From positions 5,650,724 through 5,714,723 of the forward strand of contig CAJINV010000001.1 in the NCBI GenBank assembly GCA_905178155.1: a DNA stretch of 64,000 nucleotides, in the 5' to 3' direction. Shown piece after piece: positions 12,088 to 25,499 of the stretch. The notes under the pieces were generated by a model. It was given only the letters and a program-made list of their open reading frames with translations, searched no databases and had not been told where the DNA came from. Made by a program: the position numbers and the translations under genes. Numbering within the stretch: position 1 is the stretch's first letter; the number at the start of each line of letters is the position of its first letter. The DNA is from Amoebophrya sp. A120 (Eukaryota; Protista; Dinoflagellata).

Positions 12088-13362
12088 CTAAGGGTCGTCC
12101 TCCTCATCGGAGACCTCCTCGCTACTAGAGACTTCGCCGTCGGAAACCTCCTCGCTACTAGAGACTTCTTCAGAATTTCTTTCCTCCTCGTCCGAAAATT
12201 CAATTTCGCCTGCTGGTACTTCATCTACCTTGTCGCCTTCTTCCGAAGAGTCGTCCCAAATACCTTCGATTTCCTGAAAGACAAGCCTAAACTCGATGGC
12301 ATCATCCGCGGTAAATGGAAGAGGCACGCCTTGTTCCTCACGCCTCTTCGTTATCAGTTTCAGGAACTCCAGGAAGTTGTGATCGTCCAAATCCCCGAGG
12401 TCCGTAGCTTCCTCACAGAACCATTGGACGTCACAGGGTTTGTCCAGTTTCCGAACGAGCCTCCGTTGCTGGCGCTTCTTAAAGAGTTTCCGGAGCGTGT
12501 TTTGTAAACGGTCCACATGAAGGTGCAACTTTTCAGCACCATAGTAGTGATATGCGCGCGTAAAGGGCAGGACCCAGGGCGGAATCTCCTCTTTTGATAG
12601 CTCCTTGCATGTCTTGGACGCGAATTCCTGCAGCCATTTGCAATCGTCCCAAAAAGTGTATATTACGCAAGACACAGATGCTTCCTCTCTTGAATTGAGG
12701 AAAACTCGGGGAAGAGCTGTAGCATTCCGAACTTCTGCGATCACTTCGTCTGAGAATCCGTGGATAATTTTAATCGCGATCGGAGCAAAATCAAAAAACT
12801 CCAAGGCACTTGCCGCTGCATTGAGTCTGTGAGTAAATGCGCCACGTTGTCCCGTCCGCGCCCGGTTAAATTGCTTGTGTACGATATCGAATGATCTCTG
12901 ACATTGCGCCTGCAGTGCTGTTTTCCATCTGCCTGTCTCATTCGTCAGCTTGTCCCCAACCTCAACCACAAATCGCTGCAGCGCCTCGCAGTACTTCTCG
13001 CCGGAGGACGGATTTTTCAACTCTGGCCCGAGTTCCTGAGCCTTTAAGCGCAAGGCGTCGTCGAGCCGGGTCTTTTGACGGTCCAGATACTGGGCCGGTC
13101 CGCTCGAATTATCGGACAAAATGAAAACGCTGTCGCCCTTCGGTAGCAGGTACTTACTTCTGTCATCTTCGGAGTCGCCTGCTTGTTCTGTCGTCGTCCA
13201 AACTTCGTCGAATCCTCTTCCAGCGGCAACCGCGGCGTCGAATTGCGAACGCGTAAAAACCATGGCGTCCTCCTCCAATTTGAAAGCGCGTGGGAGTTCC
13301 CAGGTCTTCAGAGCTGGGCTCTCGTCCATGAATTGCGAAGGTGCTGTTGCTGCTGCGTCCAT
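12088..13362 (-). CDS. Orphan family copy 2, 424 aa, acidic tail
   Basis: Intronless ORF with motifs shared across copies: 'LKTWELPRAFKLEEDAMVFTRSQF', 'IIHGFSDEVIAE', 'FCEEA..LG', 'PFT...AIEFRLVFQE'. Confidence 0.8.
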   Translation of the reverse strand: MDAAATAPSQFMDESPALKTWELPRAFKLEEDAMVFTRSQFDAAVAAGRGFDEVWTTTEQAGDSEDDRSKYLLPKGDSVFILSDNSSGPAQYLDRQKTRLDDALRLKAQELGPELKNPSSGEKYCEALQRFVVEVGDKLTNETGRWKTALQAQCQRSFDIVHKQFNRARTGQRGAFTHRLNAAASALEFFDFAPIAIKIIHGFSDEVIAEVRNATALPRVFLNSREEASVSCVIYTFWDDCKWLQEFASKTCKELSKEEIPPWVLPFTRAYHYYGAEKLHLHVDRLQNTLRKLFKKRQQRRLVRKLDKPCDVQWFCEEATDLGDLDDHNFLEFLKLITKRREEQGVPLPFTADDAIEFRLVFQEIEGIWDDSSEEGDKVDEVPAGEIEFSDEEERNSEEVSSSEEVSDGEVSSSEEVSDEEDDP

Positions 13363-14025
13363 TTTGTTTTTCTTCTCAGTCAGGAGCAGTAGCTTGGAGC
13401 GAAGAAGGAAGAATGAAGTGTTTTACAGTGCGTGGTCCAATGCGATGGCTTCGATGAAGCAATATATATGACCTCACTACATACTACGTAAAACAGCTCT
13501 AAGAAAAACTACTTACTGAACGCGACGGATCTTTTGTGAAGTTCCAAATGAAAGAGGAGCTAGACAAATTTCTTCAGCCTGCGTCAAAACGTTCGCTCAC
13601 GTTGACAAACGAAAGAGATCCCATACCCGTTTCCTTAGCGGCTACACAGTTAGTTTGCCTCCGAGACAGTCGATATCAGGGAACAAAAAATGCAACAGAA
13701 AGCACAGCTAGCCAGCGTTCTGGTCGAACCTCGAAGTCGTTAACCACATGCGCAGATCAGTCGACAGTCATCCTTTTATTTTATCGAGAAAAATCGCAGT
13801 GATTTTTTGTTTTCCTGGTGATAGTACCTAGTCAGAAAAGAAATCTAAAATACTAATACTGGTTGATACAATCAATAGATCGCCTGCACAATCCGCTGGT
13901 CGTCGATCACACCAGCGTCAATGTTGTCTGGCAAACCGCGCCCCTGCGAGCAGAATGACAGCCACTGCATGCTACTCCGCTCCTTCATCCTCCTCCAAAT
14001 CCGCACCCGCATCCGCTAACTCATC

Positions 14026-15222
14026 CTACCCCGAATCCTCGACGGCATCCTCAGACACTGGCTCTTCTTGAAAAACTATTCGCAGCTCGAGCGCGTTACT
14101 GCTTGTCCAGGGCGGCTCCTTTCCCGACGCTTGGCGGCTTTGTAGGATTGCCTTGTAGAAATCGAGAAACTGCATCTCGTGCACCGCCCCGAGCCCCTCG
14201 GTCTCTTCGGAGTAGAGTTCCACCCAGGTGCGTTTTTTCAGATCCGCCTTGGCTTCACCGATAAAAATTTTTCCGAGTTTGTCCAGTAGACAATGGTATT
14301 CACCGACAAAAATATTTTCGAGGATGCCGTTGCGCAGTACAGAAAAGTCACGATTACAACGCGCGAGCGGTCCCAGCCATGGCGGCAAGTCCTGCTGCTT
14401 CATTTCTTCCACAGGAAGACGGGCAAATGCAAATCTGTTTGCTTCGTTGTTCCACATGTGGTCCAGCCAATTCAGCACGTCGAGCTTCCGATCCTCGGGC
14501 GGGTCACGCATCCCGTCAAAGAGGAAATCCAAAACTTCCGCCTCCCCTTCGGTCAGCACTTGATCGGTGAACCCGTACAGTAAGCGCACGTAGATGCCGG
14601 CGGCCTTTTCAAACGGCTTCAGCATAATTTCGTCAGGTGGTCCAAAAATACACTGATCAGCATCGGAGCGACGGTCATCTCCTCCAAATTTCGCCGTTGC
14701 AATCCGCTTCTCTAGGTCATATTTCATTTCGTGAAGGGTCGACCAGTAGGTGTCCCCGCAAGCCCCTGTCCAGTCCCGCTCTCGCTCAAAAGAAGCGGAA
14801 CACGCAGCGGCAAACTTCTCGAGCGCGACGTAGTGCCTATCTGGCGACTGATGTGATGTAGCTTCCAACTCGAGGATGAGATCACGTGTTTCTGCACCAA
14901 AAGCATCTGCGACGCACGCCCTGACATCTTCATAGAAATGCGGAACCGCGTTCCCCCACTCGGCGTGAGATGATGGAGTTGTGTGCGGATGCGGAACCAC
15001 GGAAATCAAGTCGCCACTCTTCGCCAGCTGTTCGCCGCCGCGCTCAGCAGTGTTTGCCTCTTTTTGCTCCCAGAGTGCGTCGAACGACTGCCCGGCTTTT
15101 TGCGCGGCCTCGAACTCGGATCGCGTGATCACCATAGCATCTTCTGGCACCTCAAAGGACCTGGGCAAGTGCCACTTCTTCAGCGTGGGAACTGCACTCA
15201 TCTCGCAGACTGGATTTTCCAT
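14026..15222 (-). CDS. Orphan family copy 3, 398 aa (most divergent)
   Basis: 'LKKWHLPRSFEVPEDAMVITRSEF', 'LLYGFTDQVLTE', 'PWTSSNALELRIVFQE'. Confidence 0.8.
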   Translation of the reverse strand: MENPVCEMSAVPTLKKWHLPRSFEVPEDAMVITRSEFEAAQKAGQSFDALWEQKEANTAERGGEQLAKSGDLISVVPHPHTTPSSHAEWGNAVPHFYEDVRACVADAFGAETRDLILELEATSHQSPDRHYVALEKFAAACSASFERERDWTGACGDTYWSTLHEMKYDLEKRIATAKFGGDDRRSDADQCIFGPPDEIMLKPFEKAAGIYVRLLYGFTDQVLTEGEAEVLDFLFDGMRDPPEDRKLDVLNWLDHMWNNEANRFAFARLPVEEMKQQDLPPWLGPLARCNRDFSVLRNGILENIFVGEYHCLLDKLGKIFIGEAKADLKKRTWVELYSEETEGLGAVHEMQFLDFYKAILQSRQASGKEPPWTSSNALELRIVFQEEPVSEDAVEDSG

Positions 15223-15873
15223 CGTGTGCTTGTGCTTAGTGCCGCCTTGCTCTGTCTATTGTTGAGTAAAAAATTTGAGCACGAGTGCGAGAGAATTTGA
15301 CCTCATAGATTGATATTTGGTTGATTGGTACAAGATTCGGTCCACAAATGCTCTTTGCGTTCGAAATCAGCTCCCGAAGTGGGGTTTTCTTGCTTTTTCA
15401 CTCTTGACCTCGTGAAACGTGATGAGTAAGTTTACGATTGAGCTTTATCACGCTCTAAACTGCTCTGCTCGTGGTCCGGTTTTACGATGGTCCTCACGAT
15501 CGCTTTCTCACGCTCTAAACTGCTCTGCTCATAGCTTTTGGTTTTCCAGCACGATTATCTACTTTCTTACATAAAGAGTTGATGGCTTGCGGTCGATGTG
15601 GCTAGTCCCGTTGCCAACGTCGCGGCACACTTACCGCAATTTGACCCAGAGTTCAGAAGTTGGTTTCGCAGCGGAAGTGCAGGAACAACCTTCGAAAAAA
15701 CAGGAGAGCTGTCGAAACGGTGCAGCACCTGCCATATGGAGTGCGTGATCTGGTGCGCCCCGCCCCATTTCTATTGGTTGTGGCTCTGCACGTTTGCTCC
15801 AAAAAAAACAAAACCAGAGGTGAATATCTCTTGTATCACCAGCTTTCAATGACCGTCGTGCTGTTGGTATTAT

Positions 15874-17088
15874 TCATCTATCTAGTTCCTCTTCGTCATC
15901 ATCTTCTTCATCAATCGCAATTTCGGAGTCACTGCTCGCATCGTCCTCTTCCTGAAAAACAAGTCGGAAGTGGATGGCGTGCTCAGCTGTGAAGGGAAAA
16001 GGCAGGCCGCTTTCTTCGCGCTTCCTCGTTATTGATTTCATCAAGTCTATGAAGCCCAGCTGGTTTACATCCCCGAGTTCCGGGGCTTCATCGCAGAAAA
16101 ACTGAGCGCGACACGGCCTCTCGAGCTGTCGCAGGACCCTCCGCTGATTACTCGCGGAATAGAATTCTTGGAGACGCTTCTTCGCGCGTTCTGCCAACTC
16201 GAACGAAAAATCCGAACGTACAATATGCCTCACCCAACACGGAAGCTGCTCAACTGCCAACAGCGATCCAAAATCATCTTCAAGCAAATCCCGACACGTC
16301 CACCGTAGAAACTTCCCGACGGAAGGTTTGCAATTCCCTACGTCATTCGGGTCTTGGCCAAACCGTTTATCAAAAAGTTTTTCGAGAAGGATAATGTCAT
16401 CATCACGTTCCGCGACCACCTCCCCAGAGAAGCCATAGAGAATTTTAAATGCGACCGGAGAGACATCAAAATATCTGCCTATGAGGTAGTCTGTGTCAAA
16501 CATGGCATCGAATTTGCTGAAGAAATGATAGTTGTCGCCAAACTCCGTATTGAAAAACCTCGAACCGCCCCGCTCGGAGCGGAAGTCGTTGGCATCTTTT
16601 TCAAACGCATCGCATGCAGCTTTCAATGCCTCGGCACACTGCGCAGCTAGCGATTCTATCCAACTTTCTTCGTGGCCCGTCAAACCATCCACAACCTCAT
16701 CCGCATATCGTTGCAACGCCTCGCAGTATTTCTCGCTGGAAGACGGACTCTCCAGCTCCGGAGCGAGCTCCTCAGCCTTCAAGCGAAATGCCTCCTCAAG
16801 GCGGCTCAAATGAAAATCCGCACACGGCACAACGTCAGGATCGTAGTGGGACATCGCAAAAATAGTGTCGCCGCGCGGCAAAAGGAGCTTCCTCGATTCT
16901 GCGTCGCTGCTTGATTCTCTCGCAGCCCAAATATCGTCGAAGCCTCTCCCGGTGGCAACCGCGGCACTGAACTCCTCGCGCGTAAATACCATGGCATTCT
17001 CCTCCAATGTGAAAGTCCGTGGAAGCTCCCAGGTCTGGAGCACCGGAACTTCCTCCAAAATCTGGGATATTGTTCGTGCTCCTTCCAT
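15874..17088 (-). CDS. Orphan family copy 4, 404 aa
   Basis: 'LQTWELPRTFTLEENAMVFTREEF', 'SSSEKYCEALQR', 'FPFTAEHAIHFRLVFQE'. Confidence 0.8.
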   Translation of the reverse strand: MEGARTISQILEEVPVLQTWELPRTFTLEENAMVFTREEFSAAVATGRGFDDIWAARESSSDAESRKLLLPRGDTIFAMSHYDPDVVPCADFHLSRLEEAFRLKAEELAPELESPSSSEKYCEALQRYADEVVDGLTGHEESWIESLAAQCAEALKAACDAFEKDANDFRSERGGSRFFNTEFGDNYHFFSKFDAMFDTDYLIGRYFDVSPVAFKILYGFSGEVVAERDDDIILLEKLFDKRFGQDPNDVGNCKPSVGKFLRWTCRDLLEDDFGSLLAVEQLPCWVRHIVRSDFSFELAERAKKRLQEFYSASNQRRVLRQLERPCRAQFFCDEAPELGDVNQLGFIDLMKSITRKREESGLPFPFTAEHAIHFRLVFQEEDDASSDSEIAIDEEDDDEEELDR

Positions 17089-18149
17089 TTTTTGCGTTCG
17101 GTTGCTTGAGTTGAAATAAAAAAGCCGAGTCCTTTCGGAAAAGCGGTGAAAATTTGACGTCAGAGAAGCGCCATATAAGTACGTCGGTTCTTAATCTCGT
17201 AAAAAGGTGTCTTTGATTCCTGTGACACGTAAAGCGAGACGACACGTCGAGAGGTCCATCAGGGCAGTGATTCCCCTTCTGGTGATCGAGAAGGGCATAC
17301 AGCGACGATATCTTCTGAAAACAACAAACATGAAGCTGGTGCAGTGATCCTTTTGGAACAGGATAGGCAACAATATCGCTCCGTCATCAAGGTTAGAGGT
17401 GAAGCGAGACTGAAGAGACATCGACTGCGACACACCTTTTTTCATCGACATCGACTGAAGAGACATCGAAAGCGCGAACCTTTTTTCATGATCCAGCTTT
17501 ATCAAAAAATGCATGTGTACGTGAATGATTCGAGTGACGCATAGAACACGACAAACAGTAGCTTCTTTGGAGTGATGTCTAAGTCACCGCAACATGTCAG
17601 TCTCACATCTGCCACTTCAGCACAATATCGGCATGCAAAATTTTTCGCCAGGCAGTGTAATTGTGCCTCGCATGCGAAACCTGGCGCACGGCCTTTCGAC
17701 TACCATCCCCGCCTTCGCGCGTCATCCAATAAAGCACCACTGGAAAAACTTCTAGAGCTGCTGCCGCGATAGAATTCTAGGCCTTCTACTTTGTTTTGAA
17801 ATAAATGCAACGCGACTCCACGCTCGGTAGGATAGAGCTAAAAGACACATACAGCCTAGGTTCGGTCAAGGAGCGCGGCTCTTTCTCTGCGTAAACTATT
17901 CTTCAAACTCAGCGTTGCCAGCAAACGTGGCTTGTCGTCGCTTCGCGAGACGCGGGATGTTTTGATTTCATCCCAGTAGATCTGTAATGTGAAAATTCCT
18001 ATCTTAACACGTGGTGTCGACGATTAGTGTGGTTTTGGAAAAAAAAAGTTACAGCGGTGGTGTAGCGTTCTGCTCTGTTCTTTACCTATTGTACATTTTG
18101 TTCTTACTTCCACCACCAACACCTCCTCTTCATTCTCCCGCCCTCGCAC

Positions 18150-20164
18150 TTACTTTCCAATGCGGCTGAACCCGATCACAGCGACCGTTGTGGCGAAGAG
18201 GTTGAACGCGAAGTGGGTAAAGATGCCCAACAGGTAGTACCTTTTGAGATTTTTTCCCATGCATCACCTAGTGTCAACATGCCCGCATGACACAGAACAA
18301 ACCTTCCAGCCAATCGCTTTCCCAGTAAAATCACCGCATACCATACTAGCATATGCAAATGTATATCCTATTCCTGCATGACAAAAAGCCACATCAGTAC
18401 TTGAAGCCCTGGTCGCGGTAGGAGTTCATTTCGCCGACCGGGTCCTGCAACCAGTAGAAAAACAGGGGGTGGGTGCTCTTCAGGTGGTGGGCCGCGGCGG
18501 CCTGCTGCACGGCCAGCCGGAAGAAGGGGCGCTGGTCGTCCCGCATCAAGCGCAATCCCGACCGGGCGTGCGGGTTGTTGAACTCGCCGCAACGGAAATC
18601 ACTGCTCACCTGTTTTATTGTATTAAAGTAAGTACAATGTGGGTGCATATCAGCGACGGAGCACAGTAGGCGGCTCCGCAAGAGTGAGTTCGTGCAACAA
18701 GCGCACCCCCTCCCTCTCATGCAGTTTCAGCATCGAATTCGAACAAAAAATCGAAATACTCTGGTTGAAAACTCAAAATTTTACCCCGCTGCAGCAGTTC
18801 AGCCCGACGGCCCAGAAGTCGTAGGTCTCCAGGGCCTGGTTTCCGTTCACGATGGGCGCCACGCAATACAAATCGAGATTCTTGAAGCCCATTGCCTTCG
18901 ATGTGTCCAGTCTCGTGTTGTCGGCGAAGTACACTCGCCCGGCGTCCATTAAGCGCTGGCCTGTAGTTGTGTTTTGTTTTTGTATACAGCACTCGTGCAT
19001 AGTGACGCTTTTGCACACTCGCTAGCGTCGTTCCTGTGTGTGCACTGAATTGCATGAGAGCTCCCGGGATCAAAAAAACATACCTGTCTGCGTCGCTGGG
19101 TCCACGGACGGGTAGGTGTTCAGGTTTTCTATGTCGTAAAACGGCTGCATGTTGTACCAGAAGTTCATATCACCAAAAATTGCGGCGAGCACCACTGCCA
19201 AGAAGAGCATGAGACCAGAGAACAGGTACCTTGGATATAGTTTGTGTCGCGTGCAATATCAGCTTCAGATTTGAGTTGACCTTTCGAGAGACACTTCCTT
19301 ACAGTAGATGATCAAGTGATAAGTGCGGAAACCATGATATCCAGCGTTTTCCCTTACCAGCTCGGATCTCTGCTCTGCCCTCTGCTTGCAAAAGCAACAC
19401 CAATCGCTCCGAGGGAGACTAGCAATCCCAAACCGACGCAGAGCCACGCTGCTGCAGGCTGCTGGTAGTGGAAGCTAAAGGAGAGAATCGCGTAAAGTGC
19501 GGCGAAGAGAAACCTGAAGGAGTGTGAGATTTGAATATTGAATGTCCATTAGAAAGGAAGAAAATTGAACCACATGAAAGACTTGTTACTTGGCAGCACC
19601 GTCCGAGTAGCATGAAAAATAGTACTTCAACTGCACGAAACAGAAGCTTACCATGGCAAGAAGATGTTCATGCATACTGCGACGAGATTTATCCTCTTCT
19701 TTTTGCCCGGTGTGAACACCGTCTGGGCCTTGGCTCCCGGTTGCGCCGGCAGCATCTTGCTTGGGCCCGGAAGGTGCAAGGGCCTACTTCTCGATACTAC
19801 CTTGACTTTCTCGCTGCTCTTTCTGACCAGAACAAGGACTACTGAAATTACAACAAAAGAACCTAAAGGGCTAAACTCAGGTGATGTTCGCGTTGAAAAG
19901 TGTGGACACAGCAACGCGAAAGATAGCACGTCCTGATGACGAATGCAAACAGACCAAAAGTAACATTCATGAAAACTGAATGACCACAAGGACCAAGGAC
20001 GTGTGGAAGTCAACAAAACAAAACAAAACAGGAAGAGAAACAAAGGAAACTTGAAAGATCGAAAATAGTATATTCCTATGTGTGAACTTTGATTGTCTTC
20101 GCTGATTGAAAGATGCTCATCTCATCTCTAGCGCGTCACTGATACCTTTCTCGGTCGTGTCCAT
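18150..20164 (-). CDS. Multi-pass membrane protein of unknown function, multi-exon
   Basis: Exons join in frame through GT-AG introns: '[14 protein letters not shown]', '[23 protein letters not shown]', '[48 protein letters not shown]', and a last TM exon '[19 protein letters not shown]' with TAA at 18150. The start at 20164 is uncertain. Confidence 0.7.
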
Positions 20165-20687
20165 TTTGTTCCTTGCAGCAACTACTACAACGCCATTCAT
20201 CTAGAATCCTCCATTGGTCACCCTTCTCGAGAACAATAAAATTGCTTCGATAGTGCCAGCCTTGTTCCACTATCGTGTGGTCGTATTCCGGCGCATCCGA
20301 TATGTATTACAATCTCCTACACTCTTTCTTCATGACTTTCTTTTTTTCTTGAAAAAGATAAAAAGAGTAGATTATCACTTGATGGTAGATGGCGCGCGGC
20401 GCTCGCTCGACGAAATGCTTTTGATTTCGACGGCACAGTAGCGACTAATAGATGCAAACTGAGAAGCTTGTTTGTTTGTTTGTTGTCGTGGAGCACGTGG
20501 CTTCCGGAAGCTTGAGAAAACCGAGTTTCTTCGAAACTCTGTCCTGCTGTTATAGCTTTGCTTTCGTATCTATACATGATGTGTATTGATGAATACAATA
20601 GCATCAACAAACAGGCTGTATAGGACAGAAAAAATTCACGTTTTCACCATGCGCAGCTCGGATCGATGGGATCATCACGGGGCTCAG

Positions 20688-23600
20688 CTATTTGTCCGCG
20701 TTTTTCTTAATGACATCCCAATCGTCATCCTCACTCTCTTCGTCCTCTCCTTCTATCACTTGCGGTCCTTGTGGCAACAGAGCGGCTGCTGGTAGCGCGC
20801 CCGCAGGCTGCATACCTGGAACGAACTGCTGCCCCGGCATATGCGCCGCTGGCATGACGCCCGGCATGTTGAGCCCTCCGCCTGGCATTACCATTCCCGG
20901 CGGCATTACGCCTGGTACTATCCCACCTGGTGCAACTCCTACAGCCGGTGGTAAACCGCTTGGGATAGGGCCCGCGTCTGGAAGAAGGCTGAAGGTGGAC
21001 AAATCCTCGACCGGCGCCTCGGTCACTGTTCTGTTGAATTGCGGATTTTTCTTCTGCGCAGATATGGCCTGGCGGGCCTTCTGCTGCTGCATAATCATTT
21101 CCGCGGAGCGGACAGTGACTTTTTCCTCCTGTGCGTAGAAGGATTCCAAGTCAAACACGGTTTCTATCTTTGGCACCACGGCTTTGTCGATCATGGACGG
21201 TTGTTGGACCTGTAGGTGTTGAGTTATTTGCTGCTGAAAAAAAAACTTCATCGTAAAATTTTCAACTTTGCAAATTGGAATAAAGCAATCCGAAAATGTT
21301 GATCTTATGCGAGACATCGATGGCTTTCGTACCCTTTGCGCCTGCGCGAACTCGAACCCGTTGGTCTTTTGGGACGAGAAGCTGGTCGGCTCATTGTGCT
21401 TCTGCAGCTGGCGCAGTTGATCCACTGGTGGATCCCGAACGGCGTCGGGCGTGAGCTCCGAAAATTCGGGCAGCGATTGGTAGCTGGCGAAGGGGCCGTC
21501 AAGTATCCTCGCGAGGGAGTACAAAATCCAACTTTTGCGGTCCTTGTAGCTCGTGACGAGGTCCTGTTTTTTCATAAGCATTCTTGCTTTCGGTCGAAAA
21601 ATTGAAATTCACGTTTCATTTTGCATTTATATAAAAAGTTGAAAAAAGTTCTACTGTTACAATGGGTCGCGATAAAGCAAGTAAAAGCAAGCACCTGTGG
21701 CGCCGTCCTATACTGGACGTTTTGCAGCACACTTTGCAGCTCGCCCTTTGCCGCTGTAGTTTGCACCGCGGCGGTCGGCTTTTTTTTCTTTTTTATTCCC
21801 TGCAAGGACTTGGTCAACGCCTCCGCAGCGGGCTGTTTCGTCAGAATAGACAGAAACGCGGCTGCGAAGGAGGTCCCCTCTATTCCGGAGTCCTTGAGCT
21901 TTTGAAGAACAGGCGCGGAAGGGACTACGTCCACTTCTGTTATTCCCAGTTCCGCTTTCGCTTTGTCCTTCAACGCTGCTACGAATCGTCCCATGTCCCG
22001 CAGGTCCCAGCTTTCCTCGTCCTTCTGGGCTTGCGCGCAGATGTAATCGAGCATCTTTTCCAGCCGCACAACCATGGTTTTTCGAAACTGCTCGTCCGAT
22101 GTTGACGCACCATTCGCGTTGGACGAGGAAGAAGAGCTGGAAGCAGACGACATGGCGCCCTCGCCGCTGGAAACCAGCACCGCAGACTCGGACCCGGTGG
22201 ACAACGCCTCGGTGTTTTCCGCCTTGTTATCCGTGCTGCAGCTCCCGGGCGTGAGTAGGTGGTAGGCCCAGACCTTGTAGGCTAGAGTGATGATCTGGTG
22301 CTTGACGTCCAGTGCCTCCTGACCGAATGATTTCGCGAGCCGTCTAACCGCATCTGGTGCGTAGGGGCGCGGGACTTCCGCTTGGTACTCGCCGAGGATC
22401 CAGACAACCGAGGCCCGTGCGACAGGACTAGTCAGGTCCGTCAGCGAACGAGCAAGTTGGGAGATGACCTGTTGACCACGGAAACGGATTTTTTATGTTG
22501 TCTAATCAAACGAAAATTTTTTTTCGCCTTTCCGGTGGAACTACACAAATCTGTACTTACCCATTCTCGCACGATAAAAACTACCTGGATCCAAAATTGG
22601 CCCTTGTTCAAAGTTCCTATGCCTCCTTCCCCACTTTTCTCGGCGTCATTGGTGGACTGCAACAGCGTGCGGAGCGCAACTACGGCCTCGGAGCTCACGG
22701 TTTCACATTTGGAATCCAGCATCTTTACAAGGTCACGTAGGCAACTATCCACCACACTGGAGTCGACCTGAATTTTTTCAGATTGCGGTGTGAATCGATA
22801 TAATTTGGGATTGCAAAGTGAAGATGAAACGAACCAGTTCTAGTGGAAAAGATTCTTGAAAACCCCAAGAAATTTCACAAACTGTGTACACTCAGTGCGA
22901 CGTTGCTGATGGCACGTATGCTGCGTGCCACCAAGGGTCCGTAGGTGTGCCATCGGACGTACTGCTTCAGCTCCGCCAGAATCAAACTGCAATTTTTCTC
23001 GTCTGCGAGCAGCTCCAGCACTTCTATTTTCAGGAGCTTTATGCTGTTGGGGTCCATCTGCATCACGAAAAAGTCGGACAGGTACGGGCGGAACAAACCG
23101 GGGTGCGTTCGCAAAATCGGCAGAAACCCGCTGAACAGCACCGCCATGCTGTCCCACGAGCCTATTCGGACACTCCGAAGAAGAGCGGGGATCACCGCCT
23201 TCACGTCGTCCTCCCCGCGGCTCAAGTAGCACAGCGCAGCGCCGGCACTGAGAACGACGCTGGTCGACTGTGCGCGTAGAAGACTGCGCAAGCACTGGAT
23301 TAGACTTTCAAAGTCCGCGGAAACTGGAGGGGCTGTGGGAGCAAATTTTCATTCGTAGAGGTTTCTGAATGTGGTCAATTACAGCGGCCTGAAAACAGAA
23401 GCAGCAATAAACTCTTCGCAAAACGAAACCCAGAACCTCATGTTCTTACTTACCTTCCGACTCCTCTTCCGCTGGTTTGAAGAGAAAGAGCTTGGCGTAG
23501 CGCAGCATAATGTCCGTAAAGTAAGACTGTGCCCACTGATCCATACTCGCGGCGAGTGGCAAAAGCCTGCGGAAATAGGGGTGCAGCAGCGCCAGCGTCG

Positions 23601-24661
23601 TGCCTTCGGGCTCTGCCTGAAGGTGAACAAAGGAAAGACATATTACAACTCGCCACACTTCGACTTCCTCAATTTCATTCTATGTGCAGATTACATGCGA
23701 GTTGTCTAATTTCAAACTTTTAACACTTGTAAGTATAGTACTGTTGGCCTCCGGGCCACGCACAGGTAGTGGAAGGTCGTGATTGCGGACGCGACGACAC
23801 TTGTATTGCGATCCTGCAGCAGCTTGACGGCGAGGTCTCGTAATGGGATGTAGAGATCCCGATCCACTTCGTAGACGCGGACGATGCAGGCCGTTGCCGT
23901 CTTCCGCACGTACGCACTGCTGTCGGCGAGCGCAGTTCTTATGGATTTTACCACTATTTGGATTATCTCCATCGTTCGAACCTGGAAAGAGCAAAAAATC
24001 CGCCTGTGGCGAGGCATGCGTTGCACAAAGAAAACGTCAACATTTGAGAGACTGATACTCTAATCAACCTGCTGATCTAGAAACAGTTTTCAATCCATCG
24101 GACTCCTACCGACGACAAGGCCCGCAAAGCCGACGCCCGTATGAGTTGGCTTCGGTCGGTCAGGTCCTTCTGAAAACTGTTGATGGATAAGAGTGCTAAC
24201 TCGGGTTTGCAATCCGCGTACTGCACCAGGTAGATGTACGTCAGCTTCTTCAGCTCCAGTGATTGCGTAGCCACATTCTTTACCACGTGCGGAAACAGGT
24301 CGCCGCAATCGCGACCGTAGGAAACAGCTGCAAGAACCTGATGGATGTTGAAGTGGAAAGAGATTGATTTGGCAGCGCAGGGTTAAAACTTGAGATGATA
24401 ACACGAGAACGAATACATGACACCAGGCGGGTCAAATCTGCATTGCAACGCAGTAAAATCCTGCACTATCGCCTCCTTTACCTGTTTCATCGCGACGATT
24501 TTCTTCTCTGAGTCCTGGTCCCCAAGATCCAGGACTTTCTTGATGTCCGCCTCATTGTACCTGTCTTCATCGAAAAAGTGCGCTTCGGACACCTGCAGCG
24601 AATCCACGATGGACTGCAGGTCCGTGGACGCCTTGTCCATGTATGGCTGTACGTAATGCAT
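20688..24661 (-). CDS. AP3B: AP-3 complex subunit beta (beta-adaptin family), multi-exon
   Basis: 'LFPHVVKNVATQSLELKKLTYIYLVQYAD..PELALLSINSFQKDL..IRASALRALSS', 'ADSSAYVRKTATAC', 'LLHPYFRRLL', 'IKLLKIEVL', 'ARASVVWILGEY', 'WDLRDMGRF'. GT-AG introns. Confidence 0.85.
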
Positions 24662-25499
24662 TTTGACGACGTTTGTTCCCTGGATGTGAAAGGAGAAAGT
24701 CTCTATCCCAGACGTTTCAGTTTGTTCCAAACCGCACAAACTCCGACACAACCGCTCCGGCAGCTAAGGACGGCGCTACCTAATGGGGCGAAAGCCCCGG
24801 GCACCAGCAGCCAAAAAGGGTGCCTGTGAAAAGCATGGCTGCTCGTCGTACTCAGGCGGTCATGATTTCCGGTACCTCCACTTCACTTGATGTTCCAAAC
24901 GGGATGTCAATGTAAGTATGGTTAGAAGTACGTGTTGTAGAGAGCCGCGAGAAGGTTTTTGTTTATTTGATTTTCCTTATCTTTCTGCGATGCAACACGG
25001 AGCCACGCAAATAGATTGATGCGATGTAACTCGATGACATTGAGAAGTTGCATTTTTTTAGCTTTAGATAGGTGGTGATTGGCGTTGCTCCAAACAGACA
25101 GCGACAAGACATGAAAGAAGTTTCTGCTTCTTCGGTGTCAGATCATCGATCGGGGTTTTTCGTTAGGATCTGAAAAGCGGTGCCACTGAACACCGAAAGA
25201 GAAAAGAAAAGTGGTCAATGCGTCTTCCCGCCCCTGAGGGGACCAGGATACCGCTTAGAGATGAGCGCTCGACTACTTCGTCGTGGGTGAAACTCGAATG
25301 ACCTCAATCAAGACGGAAAAAAGACTGAAACTATTCTACACGAAACTCGAGTTTTAGTTTTTTGAAGCTGCTAGTGGATATAGTGGCATAATGCTCTCGC
25401 AGATACAAGCTCCCATGGTGACCTTGTACTGTGAGGAGAGAGTTACTGTTGTGAGGGCTGCCAGTCGGCCGGCAAGCTGTTGTCGTCATCCTGCTGGTC

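Noticed and set aside
15448-15530. 23-bp direct repeat TCACGCTCTAAACTGCTCTGCTC, plus small duplications at 5166-5195 and about 17408-17490
   Set aside because: Two-copy local duplications with no further structure.
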